DNA of 63,891 nucleotides, counting the filler, from Vezdaea acicularis (lineage: Eukaryota), in NCBI GenBank assembly GCA_026025075.1. It is 3 parts of 3 records of this genome, joined end to end, with 100 filler letters (N's around TTAATTAATTAA, not from the genome) between each part and the next. Parts side by side here need not be neighbours in the genome. Positions count along the whole stretch, not along the records: positions 21,864 to 43,072 come from JAPEUI010000191.1; positions 43,173 to 63,891 come from JAPEUI010000195.1; 1 more part is not named here. One strand, written 5' to 3'. Numbering within the stretch: the first letter of the stretch is position 1; every line of letters starts with the position of its first letter. Under the pieces are notes generated by a model. It saw only the letters and a program-made list of their open reading frames with translations, searched no databases and had not been told where the DNA came from. Of this stretch, positions 37,703-51,083 are shown in pieces. The position numbers were made by a program, and so were the translations under genes.

Positions 37703-38485
37703 ATGGTAAGCTCCCTAAGATTACAAAGTGTAGACGCAGCTTAGCTGACATGTCCGCAGAGCTCTCCCTTCAGCATAAGTAGGCATCCCTCGAACATACC
37801 CCGTTCAATGACTTACAACATAATCAGATGGCGGTGCCTGCGTGGCCATGGTTGGAAAAGACTGCGTAGCTATAGCATGCGACCTCCGACTCGGCATGCA
37901 ATCCCTCACCGTCTCGAACAACTTCCCCAAAATATTCTCCTACGGTTCCTCCGTCTATCTCGGCCTCACCGGTCTCGCAACCGATGTGTCGACTGTATCA
38001 GATCTCTTCCGCTACAAAGTCAACATGTACCGGCTGCGGGAAGAGCGGTCGATCTCACCGCAAACGATGGCCAATCTAGTCTCTTCAACACTATATGAGA
38101 AGCGCTTCGGGCCATACTTCATCAGTCCGGTGATTGCAGGGTTGAACGAGAAGACCGGAAAGCCATTCATCTGTGGGTTTGATAGTATAGGATGTATCGA
38201 TTTTGCAAAGGACTTCATTGTGTCCGGCACGGCGAGTGACCAGTTGTTTGGAACTTGTGAGGGTTTATGGGAACCGGATTTGGTGAGTTTTTGTAATGCA
38301 AGGACTGAGTAGGTGATGGCGGATGCTGACAGTTTTCAAAGGAACCAGATGATTTATTCGAAACCATTTCGCAGGCACTTTTGAATGCTGTGGATCGTGA
38401 TGCTTTATCAGGCTGGGGCGCACATGTGTACATCATTGAGAAGGATAAAGTCACAAAACGATTATTAAAGGGGCGTCAAGATTAG
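37703..38485 (+). CDS. PUP3: 20S proteasome subunit beta-3
   Basis: [30 protein letters not shown]...EKRFGPYF...[10 protein letters not shown]...LKGRQD*. Confidence 0.97.
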
Positions 38486-38750
38486 GTAGGATGGAGAGTG
38501 TTCTCAGTCACAGCATTAAGCGACTCTTAGGTAGCTTTCTGTAACAGTCAATGCTACATTAGAGATTCCAGTACTCATGTGCCTGTATGCCCTCCAATGT
38601 GCAACTGATTCTTCGTCGAAAATGTCTAAAACAGTGTCGTTGCCACCATACTCGTCATATATACATTCTCGTATCTAATGCGGTACTTATACTGCTTCTG
38701 CTGCGTCTAGTTGATGCAAATATCCTCAAAATGCTGCGCCCGCTTACCCT

Positions 38751-41700
38751 TTATTCCTTCTTTGCTTTTATTTCTAATGGCTTTGGGAGATATATTCTAC
38801 GCTCTAGATATTTGAGGATCTCGTCGATGAAGCTTCAAATCATTAGCATATACTACAGGGTGTCCCGAGTGCTTAAGTACTTACATGACTGGCAAACTTA
38901 TCAAGAGCACAGCTTGCCACTCGTTCACGTTTAATGGAACGATAGAGAACAGTGTTTGCAAGAATGGCGTATAAACTATCGCAAAGTGCAACGCCATCGA
39001 TAAGCTGATGGCGTATACAAGCATCATATTCTCCCAGAGAGGTAGAGTGAGGAGCGATTCGCTCGACGAGAGGGCATTCATGGCGTTGAGCATCTCGATC
39101 ACAACGAGAATGGAGAGAGAGATGGTAGAAGCCGTTTTGGCAGTATTGTTGGCGAACATCTCACAGCCAATTTCAGGAAATTGAGAGGAGCACTTGTGGA
39201 AGTGCGACTAAATGCGCTTGTCAGCATGCAAGGTCACATATTTTGTTTTGTTGAACATACCAATTGCCAAAAGGTGATCTGAGGGCCTTCTGAGTTGAAC
39301 ATGAAATACCAAGCGTATCCAAATACCGTAGCAGCCCCAACGTAGATTCCAATCACCATATAGCGGAAAAAGAGCCATGGAGTCACCAAGGCTTCGTCCC
39401 TCCCACGCGGCGGCCGTTTCATAACTTCGTGGTCGGAAGGATTAAAAGATAGAGCAGTCGCAGGTAGGCCATCCGTCACCAGATTGACCCACAGCAATTG
39501 CACCGGGATCAATGCTTCTGGCATGCCAGCTGCAGCGGTCAGAAAGATTGAGACCACTTCTCCAATGTTCGACGAGATAAGATATCGGATGAATTGCTGG
39601 GTGTTATTGTATATTGATCTGCCTTCTTCCACCGCGACTTCGATGGTTGCAAAATTATCATCTGCAAGAACCATATCGGCAGCTAGCTTCGCAACGTCTG
39701 TCCCAGAGCCCATGGCGACTCCAATATCTGATTTCTTGAGCGCAGGGGCATCGTTGACCCCGTCACCAGTCATGGCAACCACTTCACCAGCAGACTGAAG
39801 GAGATCTATGAGCTTGGACTTATGCGAAGGCTCTGTTCGGGAAAATAACGAGGCCGTCTTGGCTGCTTCCAATTGCTCTACTTCACTTAGGCCATCGAAT
39901 TCTCGGCCGGTATAGCTTTTCCCTGTAAGAATTTCGTTCTCGCTGAAGACACCAATTTGACGGCAGATGCTTTCTGCCGTGCTTTGATTGTCACCAGTAA
40001 TGACGACAACACGAATGCCGGCTTCCCGGCATTTCTGAATGGCTAATGCCACTTCTGGTCTAGGAGGGTCTAGCATTCCCACGAGCCCAATCAGGGTCAT
40101 CTTCTGCTCTAGTTGAGCATACTCACGGGTTTCTTTTGCGGTATGGAGGAGTGGGTTTGACCCAACAGCCTCGACGCTAGCCAGGGCAATTACACGGAGA
40201 CCTCGATTTCCACGAATTTCTACTTCTGTGGAGAGCAATTTGGCCAGCTTTGGACTCAGTGGAACCTTCTTCCCGTCCAATCCAACGACGGTGTGAGAAC
40301 AGCGATCAATGATAGATTCTGGAGCGCCCTTGACAAGTAAGCGCTGTTGATCACCTTCTCCAACCAGAACAGACATGCTCTTCCTGTCTCTAGAAAATTC
40401 ATAAGTCGCCTTCCAAGGACTTTCGCCCTCATAGACTGCGCTTGAATAATGTAATCTCTCTTGAACGGCAAGACGTCGACCCGCCTGGTTGATCGCAGGG
40501 TTTCGGGTCCCTATCTTCTCTACAAGAGCACGAAGAGCCCCCTCTGTTGGCTCACCGACGTTGCTGAAGATCTTAGTCTTAGAGTCGTATGCAAGCTGGG
40601 CCTCATTACAGAGAGCAGATACTTCGGCCATTTGCAAAACGGTGTTCGAAACAGCCGCTAGATCTTTAACGGCCGTCCCATTATACTTGACCGTGCCTTC
40701 AGGAGCAAAGGTGGTTCCATCAATTTCTATCTCCTCGAGGGCTGTTTCAGACTTGTTGACGAAAAGTAACTTGTTCACACTCATTTGATTAGTCGTCAGA
40801 GTCCCTGTCTTATCCGAACAGATAACGCTGCAGCTGCCGAGAGTCTCAACTGACGGAAGACTTCGTACAATGGCATTTTTGGTGGCCATCTTTCGAGTCC
40901 CTAATGCGAGACATGTTGTAATCACGACCGCAAGACCCTCTGGAATAGCAGCAACTCCTAACGACACTGCAATCTGTGATGTGTCAGATGAGAGATTATC
41001 AGGCTTAAGTCTTTTTACTAACCTTAAGATAATAGATTGCGCCTTTAGTCCATCCACCGTGAGACGGATCATTGAAGTGCTGAATGTTGATCAGCCATAC
41101 TACAACGCAAATTACAGTGATAACCTTGGCAAGCATGTCTCCAAAGTCATTGAGCTTTTCCTTTAACGGAGTAGGTTCTGAAATCTGTGCGGCGATGCTT
41201 TCATGGATATCCCCCAACGCAGTGTCTTTGCCCGTCAAAACAACAAGCGCATTCGCATGGCCGTTCACAACCGTTGTCCCTGAAAATATCATGTTGATCT
41301 GGTCTTGCTTGACAGCCTCTTCATCTCGGATAGGTTTTGTGTCCTTGCCCACACTCTCGCTCTCCCCCGTCAGAATGGCTTGGTCAACGCGGAAGCTATT
41401 GCTTTGTATGGATAGCACTCTACAGTCTGCAGGAATCCTATCTCCAACTGCCACTGTGATAATGTCTCCAGGAACCAGCTCCTCCGCCTTGATGCGCTTG
41501 ACATTTCCATTCCGGGTGACCTTAGCTTCACTTGCGGAATATTCCTGTAGCGCTGCGATGGCCTTTTCCGCACTACTTTCTTGGGAGACGCCAACGATCG
41601 CATTCAGGATAAGGATAGTAAGTATCTACGTGAGTGCCACATGGTCAGTTCTATACAGTAATTTAGAGGTCGGAGGGTTATCAAACGTACGACGGCTGGA

Positions 41701-42032
41701 TCAACGAAGACGGTCCAATCACCGCCTTCCTCAAAGAGAGCCAGGACAAATGATACTGCCGCCGAGCCGAGAAGTATAATCACAAGCTGATCCTTAAACT
41801 GTTCGAGGATGAGCTTCCATATAGGCGTTGGGGGGTCCTCCGGGAGAACTATGCGACTGCTGTCAGTAATCACCCACTACTCTGCCTATGCTTGGGAGGG
41901 GCTTTCTAGCTTACCATTGAGCCCATACTTCTCAACTGCAGCCTTCACTTGAGAATCAGAGAGACCATCGGATTCAGAGACATCGAAGTGCCCTAAAATC
42001 CCCTGGGTGGAGGCTGTATATGCCTTTTCCAT
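38751..42032 (-). CDS. SERCA-type (P2A) Ca2+-ATPase
   Basis: [38 protein letters not shown] and [10 protein letters not shown] motifs; several introns. Confidence 0.96.
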
Positions 42033-43072
42033 CTCATGAAGAATGTGATGCTTTACTTCCGCCGCCAAGACCTGCGATCGTAAAGGATGCCAAGAAGCAC
42101 ACTGGAATGGTGGCACTGGATGCTTGCGCAAGGAGAAAGAAATCTACGAGTTTGTTTTGGATAGAAAGGAACGTCTGTAGTCAAAATCTGGAACTTGGTC
42201 AGCAAATGAGTGGAGTGGCTAAAAGTCCGGGGCTTTCTTAAATTTCTAACGTGGCCTGAAGTCGGTTCGCGAATCGTCCAAACGCGGTCCGTCATCGCGC
42301 ATGGTACCAAGCGCGCCATGAGGAATCTACGGTATGCACTAGTCGCCGGATATCGCAAAATATCCTTTGAAGCATCGAGGATGTACAAAAGCATGAAGTA
42401 CACTCCCTTTGCGATAAGATGATACTTACGAATAATATTAAATTAGTATTTTGATAGTGCAATACAGCCAGTCTGGAATTTGATATCCAGCCTACAACTC
42501 TGAGCACCCTTTGGTGCAGAATACGGTTGCATCTTTTGATATTCCACTTCGATGCGCCTTTGTAGATCTTATCTGAATCTTGGCTCTGGTGGCGCCCTTG
42601 CGGTGAGTTAACAGAGGGGACTAGGGGCAAGGTCACGCTCCTTCAGTCTTGCCATGCCATCTTGGGCTTTTGGCGAGATGGACCAAATGAGGTGACATGA
42701 AACAGGAACGCCCCTTCTGCAAGGTTGGATTCAGTACGATATCCCGTGATCCCGTGAAAAGGAGCTCAGATCTGCCTCAGTGGCACCAGAGTTGAGAGCT
42801 TTATACAAAGAAGCTGCAGCTGTGCCTTCGCAGGTAGCAGGAGAACTGGATTTACAGGCGAAATTGCTTGTACCTCTGTTTGACTGCGCTTTACGTGAAG
42901 CCCTCCACTCCTCTCACAGAGGCTTGTAAGGGAGAGCGATTGTGAGTTGTTCCCGTAGAATTGCCCAGAAAGGCATAGAACAGCACTGTGAGGTGACAGA
43001 AATCCGCCGTAGCCAAAAGCTGGCCAACGCCCGTGCCATGGCAGCCAGTGGCTATCGCAGGGCTATTGATGA

Positions 43073-43172
43073 NNNNNNNNNNNNNNNNNNNNNNNNNNNN
43101 NNNNNNNNNNNNNNNNTTAATTAATTAANNNNNNNNNNNNNNNNNNNNNNNNNNNNNNNNNNNNNNNNNNNN
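43073..43172. other. Artificial contig linker
   Basis: 44 N + TTAATTAATTAA + 44 N. Confidence 0.98.
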
Positions 43173-43827
43173 ATGTTTGGCGGAGCTCTTAGGAGTGGGT
43201 GAGCCATTGTTCGATTGGATCTCCGGGTCCGATGATGCTATCGCATCGTTATCCTCATCCGATTGTAGGTCGTCATCCTCGAATTGCTCATCCTGGTATA
43301 TATTTTGGATGCGGATCGACTGCGCTGAACGATACCAATCCCTGCATGTTTCATCAGCACTGTGGTGTTTGGTTTCAACAAGCGTGCACATACCATGGCA
43401 ACCGCACGGACCAGTTTAGAAATATCGCGGCGAGCCCCAATAGCATGATATCTGTGATCACCGCGCTGCCGTTATTGAATAGCATGCCCCCAATTGCGGG
43501 CAATAACGCAAACGCCAAGGGCGCAGACTGCCAATTGGAAGCTTCATGACTGACTTCTTCACGGAGCCCCTGTGCTTTGGGGAATAAGAGATCATCCGTG
43601 GAGGAACGCAACGATTGCCTGGCGTCTTCAACTGAAAAGTCGGATAGAATAGAGGCTCTCCGGACAGCTCGAGGTGAATGGGACGGCTCAGCAGCCAAGG
43701 TTGCAGCTCGTTGTAGAGGCCGATGAATTGGTGAGGGCGAGAAGATTCCCGAGCTTGAAGCCTTCACGTTGCTATTACTATTACTCGGAGGAATCCTTTG
43801 CAGCGGTGAAACGACGTCGTCGGCCAT
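43173..43827 (-). CDS. Hypothetical fungal membrane protein, 3'-truncated by the gap
   Basis: WQSAPLAFALLPAIGGMLFNNGSAVITDIMLLGLAAIFLNWSVRLPW, then an intron, then DWYRSAQ continuing into the gap. Confidence 0.75.
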
Positions 43828-45186
43828 TGCTAGTTGCTCCCGATCGCCTAACGATCCTGGTCCTAGCTTCCGTTGAAGCTATTCAGCTAGATAGAAGGTG
43901 ACTTAGCAGGCGCGTGCATCTGACGCGTTTTCCATTATAGATGACTCTCGCATCTTATGGTCGCGATGGGGATGGCGATGGTGCTTAAGACAAGTCACAA
44001 GCTGCAAAGAATCGTAAAGCGCTCATTCGCTGAACCCAAGTTTTCCTTCGGCTTCGAGACCCTCTGCATGACATCGTCGTGTCGTCCAAGAAATTCCTTA
44101 GCTCGCTAAAGAGCGACCCCAGATCGGCGGTTAGGATTGGCTGTTCCCTCACATCATCATTCTGACTCCCACACTTATGCAGATTTGCGGCTTGATAGGA
44201 GATCGGTCCATCTCACTCCGTCAGAACGGCACTGTTTCAGACAATGTAGCGAATAAGCATTAGTCTCGGCCATTGATAAATCCTCCAGTCTATTCGAAGG
44301 CTGCTATAATTGTCGGACGAAAGGATGGAACCGTGATTCGGCCCTGCGAGTCCATGAGAAAAGTGCTTCTGAGTTTTATTGGACCGACATTTTAAACCCG
44401 CGGGTTTAATACAGTGCGTTTTCATGTCTCTGCGCGGTGATATGCATTTGCTTGGCGATGCTCTTTTTCCTCTGTTCGCGGGCGATTGTTGCATCTGCGG
44501 AAATTTCTTATTGATACCCCGATTAGGAAATTCTCAACCACATCTAAAGACACGCCGCACCCCAATGCCGCACCACACCGGGACATCAATAAGGATGCGC
44601 ACCGCTTTTGACTCTCTTTTGAGGACTCCTCAATGCTGGTTGCCGCGATGTCTCCAATCTCATCGACAGCCTATCGGCATCTGGTCTTACTATCTTACAA
44701 TCTTCAGCGTTTTGGTTTCTTATTGCTTATTGAGCCGGCTCTCATTAATAAACCTGCAAATCATCAAAAAGTCTCTGACCTTTGCTCCTGATCTTGCTTC
44801 ATATCTTCTCATACTTTTCTCCTGCGTCTGTCCTGGAGCAGTCACTTCCCAAAGCACCTCACGTCCATAGATCCGCACAACAGCATCCTACATTTCCATG
44901 GTTCTCTCATACTGCCCCATCTCTTTAAAAAATATCACAGATTGGTTAGGTCTATTTTCTGTTATCTTCAGCGTCACCAGCTGGGTTAGACAAAGACTAC
45001 TTAACACCTTTAATTGGAATCCACGCCGGGATCATCGCATCAGGACTGAGCTTGTCTCGGCCTCACTTCAACCATCAGGTTGCACAAATCAACTCGAGAC
45101 TGCTCTGATCTCCCCTTTAGGTGAGTCTATATGTTCTACTTATAGCCTCAATCTTCTAATCTCTCATCAAGTCCGTGGAGTTCATA

Positions 45187-46813
45187 ATGGAAGCCGATTC
45201 CTATCCCCGCTCTGCAGACGCAGTCGCGCTCCCAATACTCGCATTCTTCTCCATCTTACTTGTTATGCCGGCGTCTTACTGGCATTTCAAGAATCGCAAC
45301 ATTGCTGCGACGAGCCTTATTTTCTGGGTCTCTCTCAGTAACATCTTTGTCTTCGTCAATGCTTTGATTTGGCCAACAGACGACGTCGCTAATTGGTGGG
45401 ATGGGCATGTTTTCTGTGACATACAGGTGAAGTTACAATGGGCTGCGAATGTTGGTTCAAATGGAGCTATTTGCGCTATTGCGATGAGGCTTGCCAAAGT
45501 CATGGATGTTAATCGAACCTCAGTCATACCAACGAGAAGCCAGCGCCGGAGAGCGGCGGCTATTGACCTCATCCTGTGCTTCGCTGCACCAATTCTGGTG
45601 ATGCCACTTCACTATATCGTGCAACCTCACAGGTATTTCATCGAGACAATCGGTGGCTGCGACGCGACCTTCGATCAGAGTTGGCTTTCAATAGTCCTGA
45701 TGTTCTTGTGGTCTCCTACGTTCTGCCTAGCGTGCGCTTACTACTCCAGTAAGTCAGCCCGTTCCTCTGATTGCGCATCTGCTGACCGCTGGTAGTTTTG
45801 ATCTTCATTCGCCTTGTTCGTTATCGCCGTCAATTTAACGATGTCATGTCTTCATACGGATCCAAAATGAACAAGTCGCGCTTCCAGCGCCTTTTCTTCA
45901 TCGTCGTGACTCTCCTGCTGATATCCACACCTCTCCAGGGCTACGTTCTCTTCCGCAACGTGCAGATTATTGAACATGGATACTCTTGGTCAGAAGTCCA
46001 CGGTCCTGACTGGGACAGGGTCCTTTACGACCCCTCCGGCCCTCATGTTCAATTCGACCGATGGCTCAAGGTTGCGGGCGGCTACCTCCTCTTCCTTGGC
46101 TTTGGAATGGGTAATGACATGCAAGAGCTCTACCGTTTGTGGATGGTATCACTTGGCCTAGGAAAGTTCTTCCCAAGCCTGCTGGCGCCCAGAAGACCTC
46201 AAGGCAGCTCCTCGACTGGCTCTTCGAACGCCTGGGCGAGTCGCACAGCCAATTCAGTCAGCAGCACAGCCAAACTTATCTTTTCAAGAAGAGATTCAAG
46301 GCGGGAAATAGCTTCATCCGCGCAGAGTTCGACGTAAGTGAACTGCCTCACTTCACATATCTTTCTCTTCAGTTGCGTTGAGACTAACTAACCCTTCGCT
46401 TCAGACCAAGCAGACACGACTCCGTCGCGACCCTTGTCCCCACCCCAACGAGCATAAGTCCGCTCTACTCACCAAAGAAATCTTTCTTTTCCCGACTTCG
46501 GCCGATCGACGAGCCACGCGGCCCTGCAGATAGCTTAGGCGCATCTGTCGCGCCTCCGCCGATCGATCCCCAGCCTTCGCGCCAGTATGAAATGTCAAGT
46601 ACCCCATCGCGAGGCCTGTTCTCATATGATGGGGCTGCGGACATTGAGGTCCTGCCGCCTACACCAGCAGTCTTCACGGACGTATGGAGTGAGCGAGGTG
46701 CAGACCATGTTGTCTGCGAAGAGAGCGCAGAGGAAGGTGAGAGGGATAATAGGGTGAAGGTGCGGGTCGATGTTGAGCAGAAATCTGAGAATGAAGGTAG
46801 AGGCGCGACCTAG
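45187..46813 (+). CDS. STE3: Pheromone a-factor receptor (7-TM GPCR)
   Basis: WHFKNRNIAA, NALIWP...WWDGHVFCDI, HYIVQPHRY...GC and SRFQRLF motifs. Introns at about 45749-45795 and 46334-46404 keep the frame to TAG at 46813. Confidence 0.95.
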
Positions 46814-47217
46814 GAAACCATTGCGTTTCCCGGGGGGAGCTGCTGGCTAGCTCGGCAAATTTTTTGAGATTTCGAGACGACGCATTCCTCGCACGATAGA
46901 AGAGCGGACTTAGATTTATAGCAGACGTAGATATAGACGTCTTAGAGAGAGCCTTATGAGCCATGGAGTGATTCACTCCGGCATAGAACAAGATCCTCAT
47001 CTCACCCTTGCGCTCTTTTACGCGTGCACATCCACCCCTATCGGAACAAGTAAACCTCATCTCATCTCAAATTTGCTAAGACCGTTACTTAACGCTGGCT
47101 ATTCCTACAACCGGCCTTCCTCCAGCAACAAAGTCGCAGCATTTCTCGCAAGAAAAATTAAGCAGTAGCAGAGATCACCCCTTTTCTCCTTCCCCCGCCC
47201 CATCAACGAGCAAGCAA

Positions 47218-47930
47218 TCAAGCGCTCCCTCCTGCGGCACTAGGCGCGCCTTGATCTGCTGTCTGCGTGCCCTCGGAGTGAGCACTCCCTTCGCTGGGGA
47301 CCTGGTATGGGCGCTTGAGGACCTCAAAGGTTCCTGTGCATCGTTAGTGGTTGTGGAGGGAAAGGGGGGGTGGGGCGTGCGTACGCTGTGTGATGTTCAT
47401 CGTGGACCGCATTGCGCCGTCGGCGTCCTGGAATTGGGGGATGCTCACGTCGCCTTCGACGAAGAGGAGGGTTCTGTATATGGATCGTGCGTTAGTCTCC
47501 ATGAGTCCGTTGACATGTCAACCCATCACCCGCTCATTGCCCTGCAACGACGCCACCCCATCCCATTCCATCTCAAGCTTTCCATCCCCCTCGACCATCC
47601 CTCCGAACAATTCCATATATGAAAAACGGGAGATAGAACAAGACGAACGACTTACCCCTTCTGCAAGCCCATGATAAAATCCCTCGTCGGGCCCTCCCCC
47701 ACAAAACTTGTGACCTTGAACCAGCTCGTCTTGCGATCACTCGCCTTGCCATGCGTATCCACCGCGAGCGGATACTTGATCACGTCCGTCCCCGTCGACG
47801 TCGATTGTATCTCTGGCTCTGCACCAAGTCGGCCGATCAGATTGATACGCGCGAGCTGGGAGGATGGGCTGGTTGAGAAGGCGCGTCGGGTTGCGAAGAG
47901 GGTGGAGCGGGCGCGGAGAGCGAAGGACAT
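47218..47930 (-). CDS. RIM1: Mitochondrial single-stranded DNA-binding protein
   Basis: Mitochondrial presequence; ARINLIGRLGAEPE...KTSWFKV...LQKG|TLLFVEGD OB fold; two introns. Confidence 0.9.
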
Positions 47931-48519
47931 GGTGGTGGGATTGGGGTTGGAGGTTGGACCGCTTGGGTGGATTGGGTAACTGGTGAGGGTGGTCGTAAGT
48001 GTTTTGATGGGTCGAGGATGAGTGGGGAGGATGGCGGGGTGAGATATCTAGTGAGTGATGAGGGCTTTGGGAGAGGGTTTCAGGGTGAAGTTGACGGTTT
48101 GGGATGGAACGGGTTTTACCGCGTACGCGGAGGAAGGGCCGACGGGCTGTTAGAGCAAACGGTTTCGTCGCAACGCACCGCGGCCACCTCTGCACCAAAA
48201 CCACCAGAAGCACATCTAAGCTGTATACAGCATGTATCTGAAGCTCTACAAGTCTGGGACTTCTAATTTAGAGACGATGTGTCTTGAAGAAATTCCAGCG
48301 CTGACCTCGATATGACAGAAAAGTAAGACCTCACGTGATTCATGCCGGCCCTCGTTCAACCTTCGCGAATGCGCCCAGCGAGGGTTGGTATGGCCGACAT
48401 CAAACTACGATGATAAAAATACAAGGGTGACCTCTAGTAATTGTGCGCGGACTCATGTTTGGGCATTCTGTGATCTCGAGATTATTTGGGGTTTTTCTGT
48501 ACAAGTCTAAGCGTTGAGA

Positions 48520-49051
48520 ACCTTCCAAAACCACCACTGCTTGATGTATGGTGGAATATCACCTCAATCGTTGGGTCTCGTCCACGAATCACCGATACGA
48601 CCTTTTCGACAAACACAAATTCAACCCACCTCCCGTGAGGAAGCTATCAAAAGCTTCAGAAATAGAGATCCAAGATCATGTCTTCCTCTCAAAGTCTACA
48701 AAACCCACTGGCAAGCACATCAAACGCTTGTTGAATATTTTGGCTGGATTGCGGAGTGCTTTTAGAGTCAAGTCCCGGACTGCATCGCGTCGCACGGAGC
48801 GCATCCTCCCAGCCTACAATGCACAGTGCCCCATCATGCAGATTCGCTGCAGCGCACGTACAATTGGACACATCGTGCATTTTCATCGATAATGCTAGGT
48901 TACGTATCACAGCTCCGATCCGATCTTCTACGATCTCGCATAAAGGTAAATGCCATGGGCTTCCAGTGCCAGAATTGAAGACCTTCAACCAGTACTCGGT
49001 CGGGACATCCACCAGTGGTACAAGTTGGGATCCAATAATGATTGACGTCAT
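48520..49051 (-). pseudogene. Possible degraded gene
   Basis: A 120-aa ORF continues past several in-frame stops with protein-like sequence (LPHGRWVEFVFVEKVVSVIRG). No family recognised. Confidence 0.25.
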
Positions 49052-51083
49052 CGCGGCGACAATTCCTCGAAAATCAGCAGGAAAAGGCAGAAATTAATTT
49101 CGAATTTTGCCGTGGACGCCGAATGCCGGGGGTCGCGCGCCCATGAAACGACCGCGTCCCCTTCTCGCATCTCGCGTATCCGGCCCGAATTAGGAGTGGG
49201 AGACGCCGGCGATCACAGACGCCCAGCACTGGGAGATGAAAAGGCTAGGACAAAAATACGACGACCAAAGTTTTACGTCACATAACGCGACTTAATTTCC
49301 TCGAAAGATCGACGACTTCCCTCCTCACACTTCAATAGCGACAACCACCATATTCTCCTACGCGATGACCTCCTTGCATCCCCTATGCGTCGCGAGAGGG
49401 CGTCCTTGCTTCCTGCCTCCCGCTTTCATGTGGGCGCGTTCTCCTTATGAATATCGGGCTCTGGTGGGTGCTCCTTGAACCCGTTCCCCAGCTTTTCGGG
49501 CGATGACTGGGTCGGACCTTTTCGTATTGCGAAGTTGGAGTCTGCCGTCGCGGCCCAATAGCATCAAATGGGGGCTTGCCCTCATCTCGCTTGATGCGAC
49601 CCTGTTCAGCCTATCGATGGGGAATAGGAGCCTCAAGGCCACATGGGACTGGAGGGCAGCGGTGGATTACGCGTGGTCTGCTTTTACCTGCTGGGATCCT
49701 GTTCGCCGGTCACGTCGGCGTTGCTACTAAAACGTCCGAAATCGACGCCGAGGGCAACTCTCCACTACGTTGGGACTGAGCTCTGGGTTAGCTTCTTCTG
49801 CTCCGAAGGGATGGCAATTCTGCTGGAGAATGATGCCACTGCGTGCGAGCTACAATGTGGACAACGCATCGCTGTTCTGCCATGCGCATTGATGCATGCT
49901 TCCAGTTGTGCTGTCCCACAATAGCTTGATTGGATCTGGGCGGTTGACGAATTGGCCCCTTCTCGCAGAGTGGTCGCATCGCAGCGTGCGGGTGTTGCCT
50001 TCGTGACGTAACACCAACTCTTCATCCCCACTTATTCTATCTCTCTATACCGGCATCATAGCCTCTGTGAAGCTCTCGTCAGTTAAGTCGATATCTTTCT
50101 CCTTGCTTTCCCTTGAGTGTGAGCTCGCAGATTTGAAGAGGCCTGTAAGGCACAGCGCTCAGCGCAGAGTGTCGAGGTCCAGCTAAGGTGTGGTCCAACC
50201 CCTGCTTAGGCCGCTGCACGGCTCTCTCGCCTGCATGGGCCGAAATTGCCGAATCTGGCAAGGGGCGGGGCCTGGCGAGACCCCGGAGGGCACATCGCAA
50301 TTTCCCAAGTTGGCCGCGGCGACCAACGCGCCCTCCCTGCGCTCCAAAGCCGGAGACGAGGGGCAGCCACCGCGGTTGCGCTGCGGCTGCCGGCGTGGTG
50401 TGCATGGGTCACGGGGCAAGGGGCCTTGCCCTGCCCCTGCCCTCCCCTGACCTTGCCAAGATTTCCCGGTCCATCCCAACTGCCGCCGTCCCGGACGACG
50501 GGCGCCCATGATGTGGCCGAGCAGGTGGCCAGGAGAGTGCACAACCGCCATTCGATTTCTCCGCATCTTCAACCTGTGAGGGAGGCAGCGGCGCATTTCT
50601 TGAACATTACCCTCTTTTGGCTCTCGTCGTCCTTGGTCCAGTCTTTCCTTTCCAGTCCCGACCAACGACCATTGAAGCCCGACTTTCGTTCTACAGGCTC
50701 CCCGCGTGCCATCGTCCTTGCAACAGCCTCGACGTATCCCCCCTCAGCCTTTCCAGGAATTTGACCCAGCGCGGCCATCCCTATCCACTCCTTTGCCCAC
50801 TCTCGTTTTGCGGCTTCCAGGGCTTTGCCTGCCCATTTACAGCAGTAATAGTAATCCACGACGTCCACGACCTGGTCTACCTTGCCATATTATTGTCCAC
50901 ATTTGTCCTATTACCGAATTATACCAATGTCTTCAGCGTTCCTCTTCCCTTAAACTTGCGACTGCGCACGGCAAACCCGAGACTTTGACGTCAGGTCTGC
51001 GCTCTTAATATATACTTCTCCCATTCCGGCGACTGCGAGGATCTTCGAGTGCTGAATCGAGCATTCTTCATCCTGCCGCCGTG

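Noticed and set aside
46430..46460. Apparent frameshift in the last STE3 exon
   Set aside because: Recounting the C runs shows the frame is intact to 46813.
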